From NCBI GenBank assembly GCA_038131935.1, contig JAYPQH010000032.1, forward strand, positions 128,001-192,000: a stretch of DNA of 64,000 nt, read 5' to 3'. The translations under genes were made by a program, and so were the position numbers. Positions 53,366 to 62,833 of this stretch are shown here, one piece after another. The notes under the pieces are model-generated. The model did not search any database. It was not told the DNA's origin and saw only the letters and a program-made list of their open reading frames with translations. Positions within the stretch are counted from its first letter, which is position 1; each line of letters starts with the position of its first letter. Origin of the DNA: Alphaproteobacteria bacterium (GTDB lineage Bacteria > Pseudomonadota > Alphaproteobacteria > UBA8317).

Positions 53366-55323
53366 ATGGACGCTCAATCTAACACCGAAAACAAGCAACA
53401 ACAGGCCCACTCTGGGATATCACAGCTTTTCATTATTATGTTGACCATTTCCGGCGTGTTATTGGCTGTTCATCAATTATTTAACCTACAAATGTTTAAT
53501 ATTGTCCTCATCGAAGGACGTTATCTATATCTTTTAGGGGCGATATTTTTATCCCTTACTTTTGTTTGCTTTCGTATCAACGGGGAAAAGACAGCTCCGG
53601 TTCCTTGGTATGACTGGACATTGGCAGCCATGGCAATTGCGGTCATGGGATATTTTGCAATCACGGCGGAAATAAGCCTTGATAGTGGGTGGGAATATGC
53701 AGCGCCTTTTAATGCTGTCGTGGCTTCAGTCTTAGGTTACTTCCTGATCCTAGAGGGCACACGTCGGGCTGGTGGTAATACAATTTTTTGCTTTGTACTT
53801 CTCTTCTCACTTTACCCCACTTTTGCTGATATGATGCCTGGCCCTATTGAAGGATTCCCTCTCCATTTTTGGACGTTGTTCCTTACCATCTTATCTCTTC
53901 TGAAAGTTCATTCGGCATCCCTATGCGTGCTTTTGGAAATCTTGTCATTGGCTTCATTCTCTTTGGAGCTTTGCTGCAAAAAACAGGAGGGGGCGCATTT
54001 TTCAATGACCTAGCACTCTCTTTAGTTGGTCGCTTCCGCGGTGGTGCTGCTAAGGTTGCAATTTTTGCCTCTGGTCTTATGGGATCAATGTCTGGCTCCG
54101 TCATCTCGAACGTTCTCACAACTGGAGCATTTTCTATACCAGCCATGCAGCGCACAGGTTTTACAAAGAGATTTGCAGCAGCAACAGAAGCTTGTGCCTC
54201 CACCGGTGGCGTTCTGATGCCACCTATCATGGGCGCCACGGCATTTATCATGGCATCATTTCTTGCGCGTCCCTATTACGAAATCGCACTTGCAGCTGCA
54301 TTGCCTTCTATTCTGTATTATTTTGGACTTTTTGTTCAAATCGATGCTTATGCTGCAAAACATGGACTCAAAGGTTTGCCAGCTGAAGATGTCCCCAAAA
54401 TGGGAAGGGTGTTGAAAGAAGGCTGGCTTTATCTAACTGTATTCGGGGTTTTAATATTCCTCATGATGGTCATGCGACAAGAGGCTCTTGCACCATTTTA
54501 TGCAGTTGTTTTGCTTCTTGTTATCAACCAAGTCATCAAAAAATATAGATTTACCCGAAAAAGCTTTGCACAACTTGTTGTCTCTGTTGGTGAGGGACTC
54601 TCAGAACTTACGGCCATTTTGCTTGGCGTTGGCCTTATTGTTGGAGCATTTTCAGTAACCGGCCTAGCAGGAACATTGGTGAATGACATTGTGTTTATCG
54701 CGGGTGACTCTGTCATGGCGTTATTGTTTATGGGTGCTTTAACAGCATTTATTTTTGGCATGGGTATGACGGTTACCGCTTGTTACATTTTTCTTGCAAT
54801 TGTTCTCGCACCAGCACTCGAGCTAGCAGGTCTGAACACGTTGGCTGTGCACTTGTTCATTCTTTATTGGGGCATGGTGAGTTACATCACCCCACCGGTT
54901 GCATTGGGCGCATTCGCAGCCGCAACCCTTGCGGGAGCCAAGCCATTGGCTACTGGTTTTGAAGCTATGCGTCTAGGAGGGACCATTTATATTGTTCCAT
55001 TTTTCTTTGTGTTAAACCCCGCTCTTGTAGCTGAAGCACCAGCTTTGGAAGTTCTGTTTGTTTTTGTAACGGCTGTTATTGGGGTCGCACTTTTAAGTAT
55101 GGCACTACAGGGCCATACTGGGATTTTTGGTGCATTAGGTAAAGGTGTTGTTTCCATCATCAATCGCACCACCTTGTTCATTGCTGGACTCTTTTTTGCA
55201 ATGCCGGCCAGTGAATTTATTGGTTTAGGCCATTGGGAACTCTCTGGAATTGGACTTGTTCTTTCAGCACCAGTCTTATTTCTATCTCTGAAACGGCGTA
55301 ACGCAATGTTGGCTCAAGAATGA
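53366..55323 (+). CDS. TRAP 4TM/12TM fused permease (frameshift near 53858)
   Basis: GGAAKVA, ASTGGVLMPPIMGA, ITPPVA. Confidence 0.92.
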
Positions 55324-56101
55324 ATGAAGCTGAAAGGATGGAAAAAGACCGTAAATTTGTGTACGCGCTGGCTCGTGGGCTTGATATTTTAAAGGCCTTT
55401 AGCCCCGATGAAGCTGAATTGAGTAATCTTGAGCTTTCAGAAAAGACAGGGTTACCAAAACCCACAGTATCACGTTTCACCTACACACTCACTGAGCTTG
55501 GTTATCTTGTTACAGCACCAAGAACTGGAAAGTTCAGGTTGGGCCCTCTGGTTCTATCATTAGGCTACACAATGCTCGCCTCGGTCGACTTGAGAGAGCG
55601 CGCGAAGCCATTTATGGATGACATTGCGCGTCGTGATCATGTTACTGTTGCCTTGGGAACACGAGATAAACTTAGCGCTGTATATATCGAGGTTTCCAAA
55701 GGTAGCCAAATCATCACAATTAGCAGAAATGTTGGCTCTAGGCTTCCCATACATAATACCGCGATGGGAAAGCCCTTATTGCTGCATTACCTGCAACAGA
55801 GTATCAATATCTCTTGAAAGCCCTCGCAGAAAAATTTCCAGAAGATATAAGAGCAATAGAAAAATCTTTGGAAATGGCTCGCGAAGACATTGAAAAATAC
55901 GGATTTTGCACATCCATTGGAGAATGGATTAAAGATGTGAATGCTGTAGCTTCACCACTATTTTCAGCAGACCGCAACGAGATTTACGCCATCAATGTAG
56001 GAGGACCTTCATTCATGATAAATCAAGAGCGACTATGCGAAGAATTGGGACCAAGATTGGTAGATGTTGTAAAAGCCCTCACGCCAAGCGCATTGACATA
56101 G
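55320..56101 (+). CDS. IclR-family regulator (frameshift near 55770)
   Basis: ALARGLDIL, TGLPKPTVSRFTYTL, GSRLP..TAMGK, VNAVASP. Confidence 0.92.
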
Positions 56102-56119
56102 TCATAACAGTCAAAATTT

Positions 56120-56139
56120 GTGAGGGGCCTCCCCCTCAC
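56120..56139. terminator. Hairpin between convergent iclR and GGT genes
   Basis: GTGAGGGG-CCTC-CCCCTCAC; TTTT follows on the minus strand. Confidence 0.6.
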
Positions 56140-56147
56140 TATTAGAT

Positions 56148-57749
56148 TTAACCCAAAACCAAGGCCATGCCATCTTTGCGCGGATCAGACCCAGCCACAT
56201 AGCCGCCTCCAGGTAAGGTTTGGATAAGCTGAGCTCCACCGAATCCAAGCCCCTCTGACCATGGAATTATTTTGATATCATGACCTGCATCACGCAAAGA
56301 TTGAACGAGGCTTTGCGGGAATGCCTCCTCAACTTCTACCTGATTTCCCTCCATAAATCTCCATCGAGGCGCATCAATTGCTGTCTGAACATCCTGCCCA
56401 AGGATTTGTGTTCGCACCAACATTTGCAGATGTCCTTGTGCTTGCATAAAAGCACCCATCACACCTGTGGCCATTCTGAGTCCGTTTGCTCCTGTAATAA
56501 ACCCCGGAATAATCGTATGGAACGGCCTTTTCATGGGGGCAACTTCGTTTGGATGTCCTTTTTCCATGGTAAAATTCGCACCGCGATTTTGGAAATGTAT
56601 CCCCGTTCCAGGAACAGATACACCCGATCCCATTCCCATATAATTTGATTGAATAAAAGACACCATCATACCATCTTCGTCAGCAGCACAGAGATACACA
56701 GTACCACCGCCACCAGGCTTACCAGCCCCAAACACTTGAGCACGATTTGGATCAATCAAAGCTGCGCGTTCTGCTCCATACGAAGGATCAAGAAGCCGCG
56801 CTGGGTCGAACGCCATGTAATCAGGGTCTGCTACATGTGCAAGCAAATCAGAGAATGCTAACTTCATGGCCTCTATTTGAAGATGCGTTCCGCGCCAATC
56901 TTCACCGTCCCATTTGTCAAACGAGGTATGCTTTAGAATGTTTAGCGCGATGAGCGCAGCAATACCCTGTCCATTGGGCGGTATTTCATAAAGTGTGGTC
57001 TCACCAAAATCCATCTGCAATAGATCAACCCAATCTGCCTGATGCGCCTCTAGATCCGCAGCCGTCATACTCCCACCGGTTTCTTTCGCAAACGCAATGA
57101 TTTTGGCAGCCAATTCACCTGTGTAGAAATCCTCTCCTTGCGTCTTTGCGATGGCCCTGAAGCTGTCTGCCATACCGCGGTTTATAAAACGCTGTCCCAC
57201 ATTTGGTACATGTCCGTTGTCTGTGAACATTTCAATGAAACCTGGTTGATCACGGAGGATTTCATGATCACGAGACCATAGTTTTTGCACAACAGGTGTC
57301 ACAATGAACCCCCGCTCCGCTTGCGAAATAGCATCTTCAAACAATGACTCAAACGGTAGCTTTCCAAATTTTTGCCACAATGCTGACCATCCACGTACAA
57401 CACCTGGTACTGTGACCGCGTCCCAACCTCGCTTTGGAATACCACCTTTGGCATCAAAAAACTCCCTTGTCCACGCGGCGGGTGCTCGGCCAGAGGAATT
57501 CAAACCATGGACCTTCTCACCATCATGTACAATCGCAAAAGCATCCGAACCAAGACCACAGCCCGTAGGCTCAACCAGTGTTAACATAGCGGCCGTGGCT
57601 ATGGCCGCGTCAGCTGCAGACCCACCCTTTTCAAGGATACGCAATCCTGCCTGCGTTGCGAGGTATTGTGACGTTGCCACCGCTGCACGCCCAAATACGG
57701 GCGTTCGCCTTGTCATGGTCACTGGGTAATAAGGGTAGTTTATACTCAT
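56148..57749 (-). CDS. Gamma-glutamyltransferase family Ntn-hydrolase (no signal peptide)
   Basis: VEPTGCGLGSDAF, PPNGQG, GGTVYL (Thr nucleophile), RPFHTIIP, MQAQGH, SDPRKDG. Confidence 0.92.
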   Translation of the reverse strand: MSINYPYYPVTMTRRTPVFGRAAVATSQYLATQAGLRILEKGGSAADAAIATAAMLTLVEPTGCGLGSDAFAIVHDGEKVHGLNSSGRAPAAWTREFFDAKGGIPKRGWDAVTVPGVVRGWSALWQKFGKLPFESLFEDAISQAERGFIVTPVVQKLWSRDHEILRDQPGFIEMFTDNGHVPNVGQRFINRGMADSFRAIAKTQGEDFYTGELAAKIIAFAKETGGSMTAADLEAHQADWVDLLQMDFGETTLYEIPPNGQGIAALIALNILKHTSFDKWDGEDWRGTHLQIEAMKLAFSDLLAHVADPDYMAFDPARLLDPSYGAERAALIDPNRAQVFGAGKPGGGGTVYLCAADEDGMMVSFIQSNYMGMGSGVSVPGTGIHFQNRGANFTMEKGHPNEVAPMKRPFHTIIPGFITGANGLRMATGVMGAFMQAQGHLQMLVRTQILGQDVQTAIDAPRWRFMEGNQVEVEEAFPQSLVQSLRDAGHDIKIIPWSEGLGFGGAQLIQTLPGGGYVAGSDPRKDGMALVLG

Positions 57750-58458
57750 GTTCCGTGGCTCTCTCTTGTTGTTCGAATTTCAATATGCTTCACCATATTG
57801 GGTATTTCTACCAATCGGTCCACATAAATTCCTGGTAAATGAATATGGTCAGGATCAAGACTTCCAGCAGGAACAATTTTTTCGACCTCAGCAATACATA
57901 CACGACCACATGACGCAACATCTGGGTTAAAATTCCTTGATGTCTTTCGAAAAATAAGGTTCCCCGCGGTATCTGCAATTGATGCCCGAATAACAGAAAC
58001 ATCAACAGTTATCGCCTCTTCCAAAATATATTCACGGCCATCAAAAACTCTTGTTTCCTTACCTTCAGCGACCTTGGTACCTACCCCTGTGGGGGTATAA
58101 AATGCGGGAATTCCTGCACCGCCAGCACGCATTTTTTCAGCTAATGTTCCTTGTGGGGTAAAATCACAAGCAATCTCGCCCGCAAAATACTGCCGTACGA
58201 ACTCAGGATGATTACCGGGATAAGAGGCAATTGCTTTTTGATATGGCCTGCTTCAAGAATTAACCCTAAAGCTTTTCCAACAGCACCGGCATTGTTCGCC
58301 ACAACCGTAATATCTTTGGTGCCCTTCTCATGTATCGCAACGAGCAGATATTCTGGTGTGCCAACCAGACCAAATCCACCAACAGCCATACTCATTCCAT
58401 CAAAAACAACATCCTCTATCGCTGATGCCGGACTTTCATAAATTTTTGCCAAAACCAT
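57746..58458 (-). CDS. Family I CoA-transferase subunit A (frameshift near 58235)
   Basis: GGFGLVGTP, NNAG, reconstructed PQGTLAEKMRAGGAGIPAFYTPTG, RNFNP, HLPGIYV. Confidence 0.9.
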
Positions 58459-58500
58459 CTCCTTGTAATGATCAAAAATCGTAACTTCAAATGGATTACT

Positions 58501-59304
58501 TTAACTTCCAACCCGCAGAGGATTTGTCAAACCACGCAAGCAGGCAATAAGACTTAACGAAGTAATCTTGCCAGTCCCTGGGTTTTCTTCTGTAGGTATA
58601 TTTTCAATACTCATTTGCAACTTGGCAGAATCTGAATCAACAACGATATGGTGGGTGTTGCGCGTCAGAGCAGGATCAGCCCAAATCTCTAGCTTTGTGA
58701 GATCCGGCCCAATACCAGCCAATCCTAATGCTGCAGCCACATTCACGTTCGCTGGAAACGCCGCGGCTCCTTCTCGTGCGGTCCCTTTGAAAACGCACGT
58801 CGCCTCCTCCAGCATATCAACATCTATCCCTATTTCACGAAGGTAAGGGGCTTTGCGTAGAGACATTGGTGGCTTACGGGTAATCATCGTTACCTCATAA
58901 ATCTTTCCTTCTGCCGCCGCACGAACAGCATCAAAACCAAGCAACGCGCCGGTTGCCAGAATAATTTGCCCCGCTGATTCATGAGCCATGGCAACTATTT
59001 CAGGGTGTGCAAGAATACCAGCTCCACTCACAGTCACCAATTTCTTGCCATTCTCTAGGGTAGGAATTGCGATGGAGGGGAATGCAGCAGTGGGTGCACA
59101 ATCTACCACAACATCCGCATGATCAGCTATCTGGTTGTTATCAACGCATGGAACATCGAGACCATGCTTTAACAAAAACTCTTGTGCTTTCTCCTTCTGA
59201 CCTGAGCTCACAGCAACAAGTTCAAAGTCCTTGAGATGACCCTCGACAAAAGAAGACACAACTTTACGACCAATTGTACCAATACCTGCAATAGCGATTT
59301 TCAT
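58501..59304 (-). CDS. nadX: L-aspartate dehydrogenase family protein
   Basis: GIGTIG, GALLGFD, RKPP, FPANVNVAAAL, RNTH, NPGTGKIT. Confidence 0.88.
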   Translation of the reverse strand: MKIAIAGIGTIGRKVVSSFVEGHLKDFELVAVSSGQKEKAQEFLLKHGLDVPCVDNNQIADHADVVVDCAPTAAFPSIAIPTLENGKKLVTVSGAGILAHPEIVAMAHESAGQIILATGALLGFDAVRAAAEGKIYEVTMITRKPPMSLRKAPYLREIGIDVDMLEEATCVFKGTAREGAAAFPANVNVAAALGLAGIGPDLTKLEIWADPALTRNTHHIVVDSDSAKLQMSIENIPTEENPGTGKITSLSLIACLRGLTNPLRVGS

Positions 59305-59495
59305 CCAAATACACTCCTCGTGACAACGCTTCCTGATCCACGGTCAAAATCGCGCTGACAGACAATAAAAGTAGGGCGGGTCGATGTGATCTGTTGACAT
59401 CATGCTTCGCATCATGAACGCTTCTTGCAGGCTTGACAACCAATTGCTTAAGTCTTTCGACTAATATAACGCGAAATCGAAGTTTGGGGAATCAA

Positions 59496-60475
59496 ATGAT
59501 GAAGAAACGAAATATTTTAGGTCTTGCTGCAGCTTTGTCTATGGGTGTGGCTGGTATATCCTACGCTGGGGGCCATAGTGCGGACATTCCATGTTCCACA
59601 GCGAAGTTAATCGTGCCTTGGGGTGCAGGTGGCGGAACGGATGTAATTTTCCGTCAAATTGTCGATGTTGCGAATAATCAAGGGATGAAACCGCAACTTC
59701 AGGTGGTTAATGTTGGAGGGCAAGGTGGTAACAAGGGTGCCAAGCAAGCCGTCGCAGCAAAACCTGATGGTTGCACCTTGTTCGCGATGCACCAAAGCGC
59801 CATCACAAGTTACCTAACAGGACGTGTGAATTTCACTTGGGATGGGTTTGAACCTATTGCATTGATGACAAATACTCCATCAATCTTTGGGGCTGCAGGA
59901 AATACATCATACAGCAATCTCAATGAGTTGATTGCAGAGATCAAGAAAAACCCAGGAACAGTAACTGCTGGTGCAACCTTGGGCTCTACGTCGCAAGTTG
60001 TTTTTCTTCTTACAGAGGACGCTACAGGCGGAAAATTCAAGTATGTGTCGTACGACGGAACCAAACAACGTATGACTGCTCTTCTGGCAGGCAACATTCA
60101 AGTTGGGGAAATCAATCTTGCAGCTGCAAAGAAATATATTGAAACAGGTAAACTCAAAGCGTTGGGCGTCATGTCAAACAAGCGTTTATCTGGGCTAGAC
60201 GATATCCCAACGGCTAAGGAGCAAGGGCTTGATGTTGTTTTTGGTGTGGAACGCGGTATCGTTGCGCCCAAGGGAACATCTGAGGCAATCGTTAAGCATT
60301 ATGCTGCAGCATTTCAAAAAGCCGCTTCTGACGAAAAGTTAATTGCAAGCATGCTCTCAAAGGGACATTCCTCGAATATGTAGGACCCTCAGAATATACT
60401 GCAAAGTTGGATGAAACCACCAAAAAGTGGACCACCATTTTCGATGGCATGGGTTTGCTAAAGGTGAAAAACTAA
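59496..60475 (+). CDS. tctC: Tripartite tricarboxylate transporter substrate-binding protein (frameshift near 60363)
   Basis: IVPWGAGGGTD, PDGCTL, APKGT; one extra G extends the ORF to TAA 60475. Confidence 0.9.
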
Positions 60476-60528
60476 ACAAGACTATAAAAAATTACCTTGG
60501 AACAGAGGTGACATAAATTTTATGATAG

Positions 60529-60556
60529 ATCAGGGGCTTTTTAGCCCCTGATTTTT
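60529..60556 (+). terminator. Intrinsic terminator-like hairpin after tctC
   Basis: ATCAGGGGCT-TTTT-AGCCCCTGAT followed by TTTT. Confidence 0.75.
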
Positions 60557-60593
60557 CAGTTCTCTTTTTAACTTGACGTGGGATGCGTGATCC

Positions 60594-61097
60594 ATGAATC
60601 GTGATTTTTGGACAAGTTTGTTTTTGATATTTTTATCATTCGTACTGTATCGGGAAAGTACGTTCATTGAAGATGTTGATTATGGGAGTATGAAAGCTGA
60701 TGTCTGGCCAACCTTCTTGGTCATGCTGCTGGTTGTTTTATCAATATCTATGCTTGTGAAATCCCTAATGGAATACCGACAGGCAACGCAAAGCTCCACT
60801 CAAGACAATGAGAATGCTGAACAAACAGATTCCGTCACTGGTTGGACTTGGTTGATCAACCCAATGATAGTTTTTGTTCTATTCTTTCTATTCCTCATCA
60901 CCTTAGATTACCTTGGCATGCTCATCGGAGGTATCTTTTTTACGTTCATTACGATGACATTATTGGGGCAAATATCATGGCGGACTGTACCTATCTATTT
61001 TGTAATTTCAGTGATTAGCATCTCAGGGATGTGGGCAATTTTCACCTTTGGCTTACGCGTTATGTTGCCAGAGGGCGTACTTTTCACTGTTTGGTGA
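60594..61097 (+). CDS. tctB: TTT small permease TctB
   Basis: About 4-5 TM helices, WP motif, C-terminal LRVMLPEG; lies between tctC and tctA. Confidence 0.88.
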   Translation: MNRDFWTSLFLIFLSFVLYRESTFIEDVDYGSMKADVWPTFLVMLLVVLSISMLVKSLMEYRQATQSSTQDNENAEQTDSVTGWTWLINPMIVFVLFFLFLITLDYLGMLIGGIFFTFITMTLLGQISWRTVPIYFVISVISISGMWAIFTFGLRVMLPEGVLFTVW

Positions 61098-61103
61098 GGA
61101 ATA

Positions 61104-62753
61104 ATGATGACTGATGCAATTATCTTGGCTGCACAAAGTATTTTTCTTGATCCCGTCACGTTAGGGCTGATTGCTTTAGGGACTTTTAGCGGACTGATAG
61201 CAGGATCGATTCCCGGTTTTACGATCGCAATGGGTGTTATCCTCGTACTTCCATTTACCTTTGGGCTAAGCCCAATCCAAGGCGTTGCCACCATGATTGG
61301 CGTTTTCGTAGGAGGGCTTTCCGGAGGTTTGTTGTCCGGCATGCTGATTGGAATTCCTGGCACACCTTCTTCAGTTGCCACGACGTTTGATGGTTTTCCA
61401 ATGGTCCGTTCAGGACGAGCAGGTTTTGCTCTTGCCTTGGGCCTATGGTCATCTTTTTTCGGAGGAATCATCTCTGCTATTTTGTTGGTGACCCTAGCCC
61501 CTCAGCTTGCTTTTCTTGGTTTGGAATTTGGGCCTTGGGACTATTTTATGCTCATCGTCTTCGCCCTCACTATTGCTGTAAGTTTATCAAGTCAAAATAT
61601 GCTCAAAGGCCTCACAGCAGGAATCTTGGGATTGATCGCCGCAACAGTTGGAGAAGATGAAATCAATGGTGTTGCACGGTTTTCTTTTGACACCGAGGCA
61701 CTCAGGCAAGGATTTGCTTTTTTACCGGTGCTGATTGGCCTGTTTGCCTTCTCTCAATTGCTGTCTGATGTAGAGGATAGAACCAAGGCAAAATCATCCA
61801 TGATGAATGCTGAAGGGGAATCTGTACGTATCGAGCATCTCCGCGCTATTCGAGAAATATTTTCTCGTTGGATTAATCTTGTTAGGTCTAGCCTGATAGG
61901 CGTGTTTGTTGGAATTCTACCAGCGGCTGGAGGTTCTATTTCCAATATTTTGGCCTATGATCAGGCACAGAAAGCATCAAAAGTCCCTGAACAATTTGGA
62001 AAAGGCGTATCAGACGGCGTTATAGCACCTGAAGCCGCCAACAATGCCACCGCGGGTGGGGCACTTATGATGATGATGGCCCTAGGTATCCCAGGTGATA
62101 TCGTGACCGCGGTCATGATCGGCGCTTTGATGATACATGACATTGTCCCGGGTCCAACCTTTATTCAAGACAAGCCTGTGTTGGCTTATGGTGTTTTTAT
62201 AGCTTTTTTCTTTGCTAACTTTGTTATGGTCTTCATGATGTCTGGGGCATTGCGTGTATTTTTGAAGGTAGCGAGGGTTCGGCTAAATATTCTTGTTGCT
62301 GTCATATTGGCTTATTGTGCCTTTGGTGTTTTTGCCTTGCACAATATTGGCTTTGACCTCTGGGTGCTCTTTGGGTTCGGCATCGTTGGTTATATCATGA
62401 AAAAGCTTGGTTTCCCTCTAGCCCCGATGATTTTGGGTGTTGTGTTGGGGAAACTCGCTGAGATCAATCTCTCAAGAGCCTTGGCGATTTCTGATGATAT
62501 CATGCTATTTGTTTCTCGCCCTTGGTCATTATTTTTCTTCCTGCTTGCCATCGTGTCGGTTATTTTTCCATTTTTCCAGCAAGCACGTGACGAAAGCCTT
62601 TTGAAACGATTTTTTGTACCCTTGAGCTTGGTTGTTCTTGCTTTACCATTATTCGTAATGGACTCTTATACACGTATGATTGTTGGTATCTTGATGATTG
62701 TTTTTGCCGCATGGCAGCTTCGCAAGAAATCTTTCGTCCCTCAAAATGGTTAA
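61104..62753 (+). CDS. tctA: TTT large permease TctA
   Basis: GIPGTPSSVATTFDGFPM, PEAANNA, LGIPGD, PMILGVVLG. Confidence 0.94.
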   Translation: MMTDAIILAAQSIFLDPVTLGLIALGTFSGLIAGSIPGFTIAMGVILVLPFTFGLSPIQGVATMIGVFVGGLSGGLLSGMLIGIPGTPSSVATTFDGFPMVRSGRAGFALALGLWSSFFGGIISAILLVTLAPQLAFLGLEFGPWDYFMLIVFALTIAVSLSSQNMLKGLTAGILGLIAATVGEDEINGVARFSFDTEALRQGFAFLPVLIGLFAFSQLLSDVEDRTKAKSSMMNAEGESVRIEHLRAIREIFSRWINLVRSSLIGVFVGILPAAGGSISNILAYDQAQKASKVPEQFGKGVSDGVIAPEAANNATAGGALMMMMALGIPGDIVTAVMIGALMIHDIVPGPTFIQDKPVLAYGVFIAFFFANFVMVFMMSGALRVFLKVARVRLNILVAVILAYCAFGVFALHNIGFDLWVLFGFGIVGYIMKKLGFPLAPMILGVVLGKLAEINLSRALAISDDIMLFVSRPWSLFFFLLAIVSVIFPFFQQARDESLLKRFFVPLSLVVLALPLFVMDSYTRMIVGILMIVFAAWQLRKKSFVPQNG

Positions 62754-62833
62754 GGATCAAACACCCTAAGCAAATGTCATGACGCCCTTTTTGCAAAAAA
62801 TGGTTCCTTAAATGAACGATAATGAGACATATT

